Origin: Marsupella aquatica
Lineage: Eukaryota > Plantae > Marchantiophyta
Reading direction: 5' to 3'
DNA: 64,000 nt
NCBI GenBank assembly: GCA_973895155.1
Contig: OZ316892.1
Span: forward strand, 17,970,357 to 18,034,356
This document shows positions 63,135 to 64,000 of the stretch, piece after piece. Every line of letters begins with the position of its first letter. Positions within the stretch are counted from its first letter, which is position 1. Under the pieces are notes generated by a model, which did no database searches, had not been told where the DNA came from, and saw only the letters and a list, made by a program, of their open reading frames with translations. The position numbers and the translations under genes are program-made.

Positions 63135-63283
63135 TGTTATGAGATATTAATATACCAAGGTTACTATACCCATAGTTAACTTAACACAAGTTAAATAAAT
63201 TCACACAAACATATATATATAAATAAATAAAGGAGAAAGAAAGAAAAGTTGTTATTCATTCATACAATGGTTATAATTTAACA
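63135..63283 (+). repeat. Putative 3' LTR of element B (right end uncertain, 63283-63312)
   Basis: Directly follows a PPT and has TGTTA...TAACA termini. Shares short blocks with the element A LTR (ctatacccatagttaacttaac vs ccatgaccctagtaagcttaac; attcattcat). Confidence 0.65.
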
Positions 63284-63684
63284 AAGGTTCATTAATTTTC
63301 ATGTTCTACTCTAAAGAAAAGAATAAAATAAAATAATCATGAAACGCGGGACAAGTTGAGTAGTACTCTGGCCCTCTTCCGTACGGTCCCACTCATACTC
63401 AGTTACTCACACTAGTACACTACCCGGTAGCGACTGGAGGCAAAGGAAGCCTTTATGAGAATGAGGCCGCACCTGTAATATAATAATGATAAATAACTAA
63501 TAAATAGGGTCGTAGGCAACTTTTCGCTCCAATTCATTAAAGCGGCGCCATGGGACTGTACTATCACATCCATCGAAGCCCGAACATAAACGAAACGCAA
63601 TTATTCGATTTCGTGCCACGGCAGCATGCACGCAAACTCCCAAGTCCGGTCGCAGGCTATCTCTTACCGCTGAGAAATGACTCG

Positions 63685-63774
63685 GACCAATGTGGAACGG
63701 ACGCGCGACTCGCGCGGAATAAATCTGACTGGCGAGGTATGCCTCAGACCAATGTGGAACGGACGCGCGACTCG
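63685..63774. repeat. 28-bp perfect direct repeat gaccaatgtggaacggacgcgcgactcg
   Basis: Copies at 63685-63712 and 63747-63774. Confidence 0.9.
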
Positions 63775-63845
63775 AGTGTAGTAATATACGGTATTCCTTA
63801 CGCGGTGCGAAATGAAAATGAGTAATGAAGACGCAGAGAACGATC

Positions 63846-63922
63846 GTATAGTAGTACTGTAGTGTAGAATGTTGTAGAGTATTGTAGAGTATAGTAGAGT
63901 ATAGTATAGTATAGTAGAGTAC
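63846..63922. repeat. Degenerate (AGTAT/AGTAG)n simple repeat
   Basis: Directly visible. Confidence 0.85.
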
Positions 63923-64000
63923 TGCTACAGTTGTTGACATGCAATTCGTTTTGCTTGATTGTTAGAGTTCTCGTTCTTTCTCGTTGTTGCTCGTCTTCGG

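Larger units (their letters stand above)
48160..63283 (+). mobile_element. Bianca-type Ty1/copia element B (5' LTR not found; hosts nested insertions including element C)
   Basis: Purine-rich leader from about 48160 and gag-pol remnants at 50744-55983. The 3' UTR is interrupted at 56150 by element C and resumes at 63099. PPT AAAGGAGAG at 63126-63134 and an LTR-like TGTTA... from 63135. Left boundary approximate. Confidence 0.7.

Overview
Eukaryotic, intron-rich land-plant DNA, most likely a bryophyte; the species cannot be fixed from sequence alone. The left 41 kb is genic. It holds the 5' part of NOC3 (minus strand, runs off the left edge), a full-length but decayed Tork/Tnt1-type Ty1/copia element with matched LTRs and TSD, an intronless CML21-like EF-hand gene, a spliced gene for a probably organelle-targeted tandem RRM-like protein, and a complete 21-exon PIEZO channel gene (manually spliced, ~2615 aa). 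The right 22 kb is a cluster of three decayed Bianca-type Ty1/copia elements (A, B, C), with half-tRNA-Ile-type primer sites visible in A and C. The most striking pattern is at 62.8-63.3 kb: three PPT+LTR units are stacked head-to-tail with 37-bp and 36-bp spacers, and the second junction is a TSD-marked insertion. This suggests the elements insert at a fixed distance upstream of the 3' LTR of their own relatives. Two of the elements also share a ~45-aa insertion inside reverse transcriptase. All coordinates and alignments were read by eye, and family assignments come from recalled motifs, not database searches.
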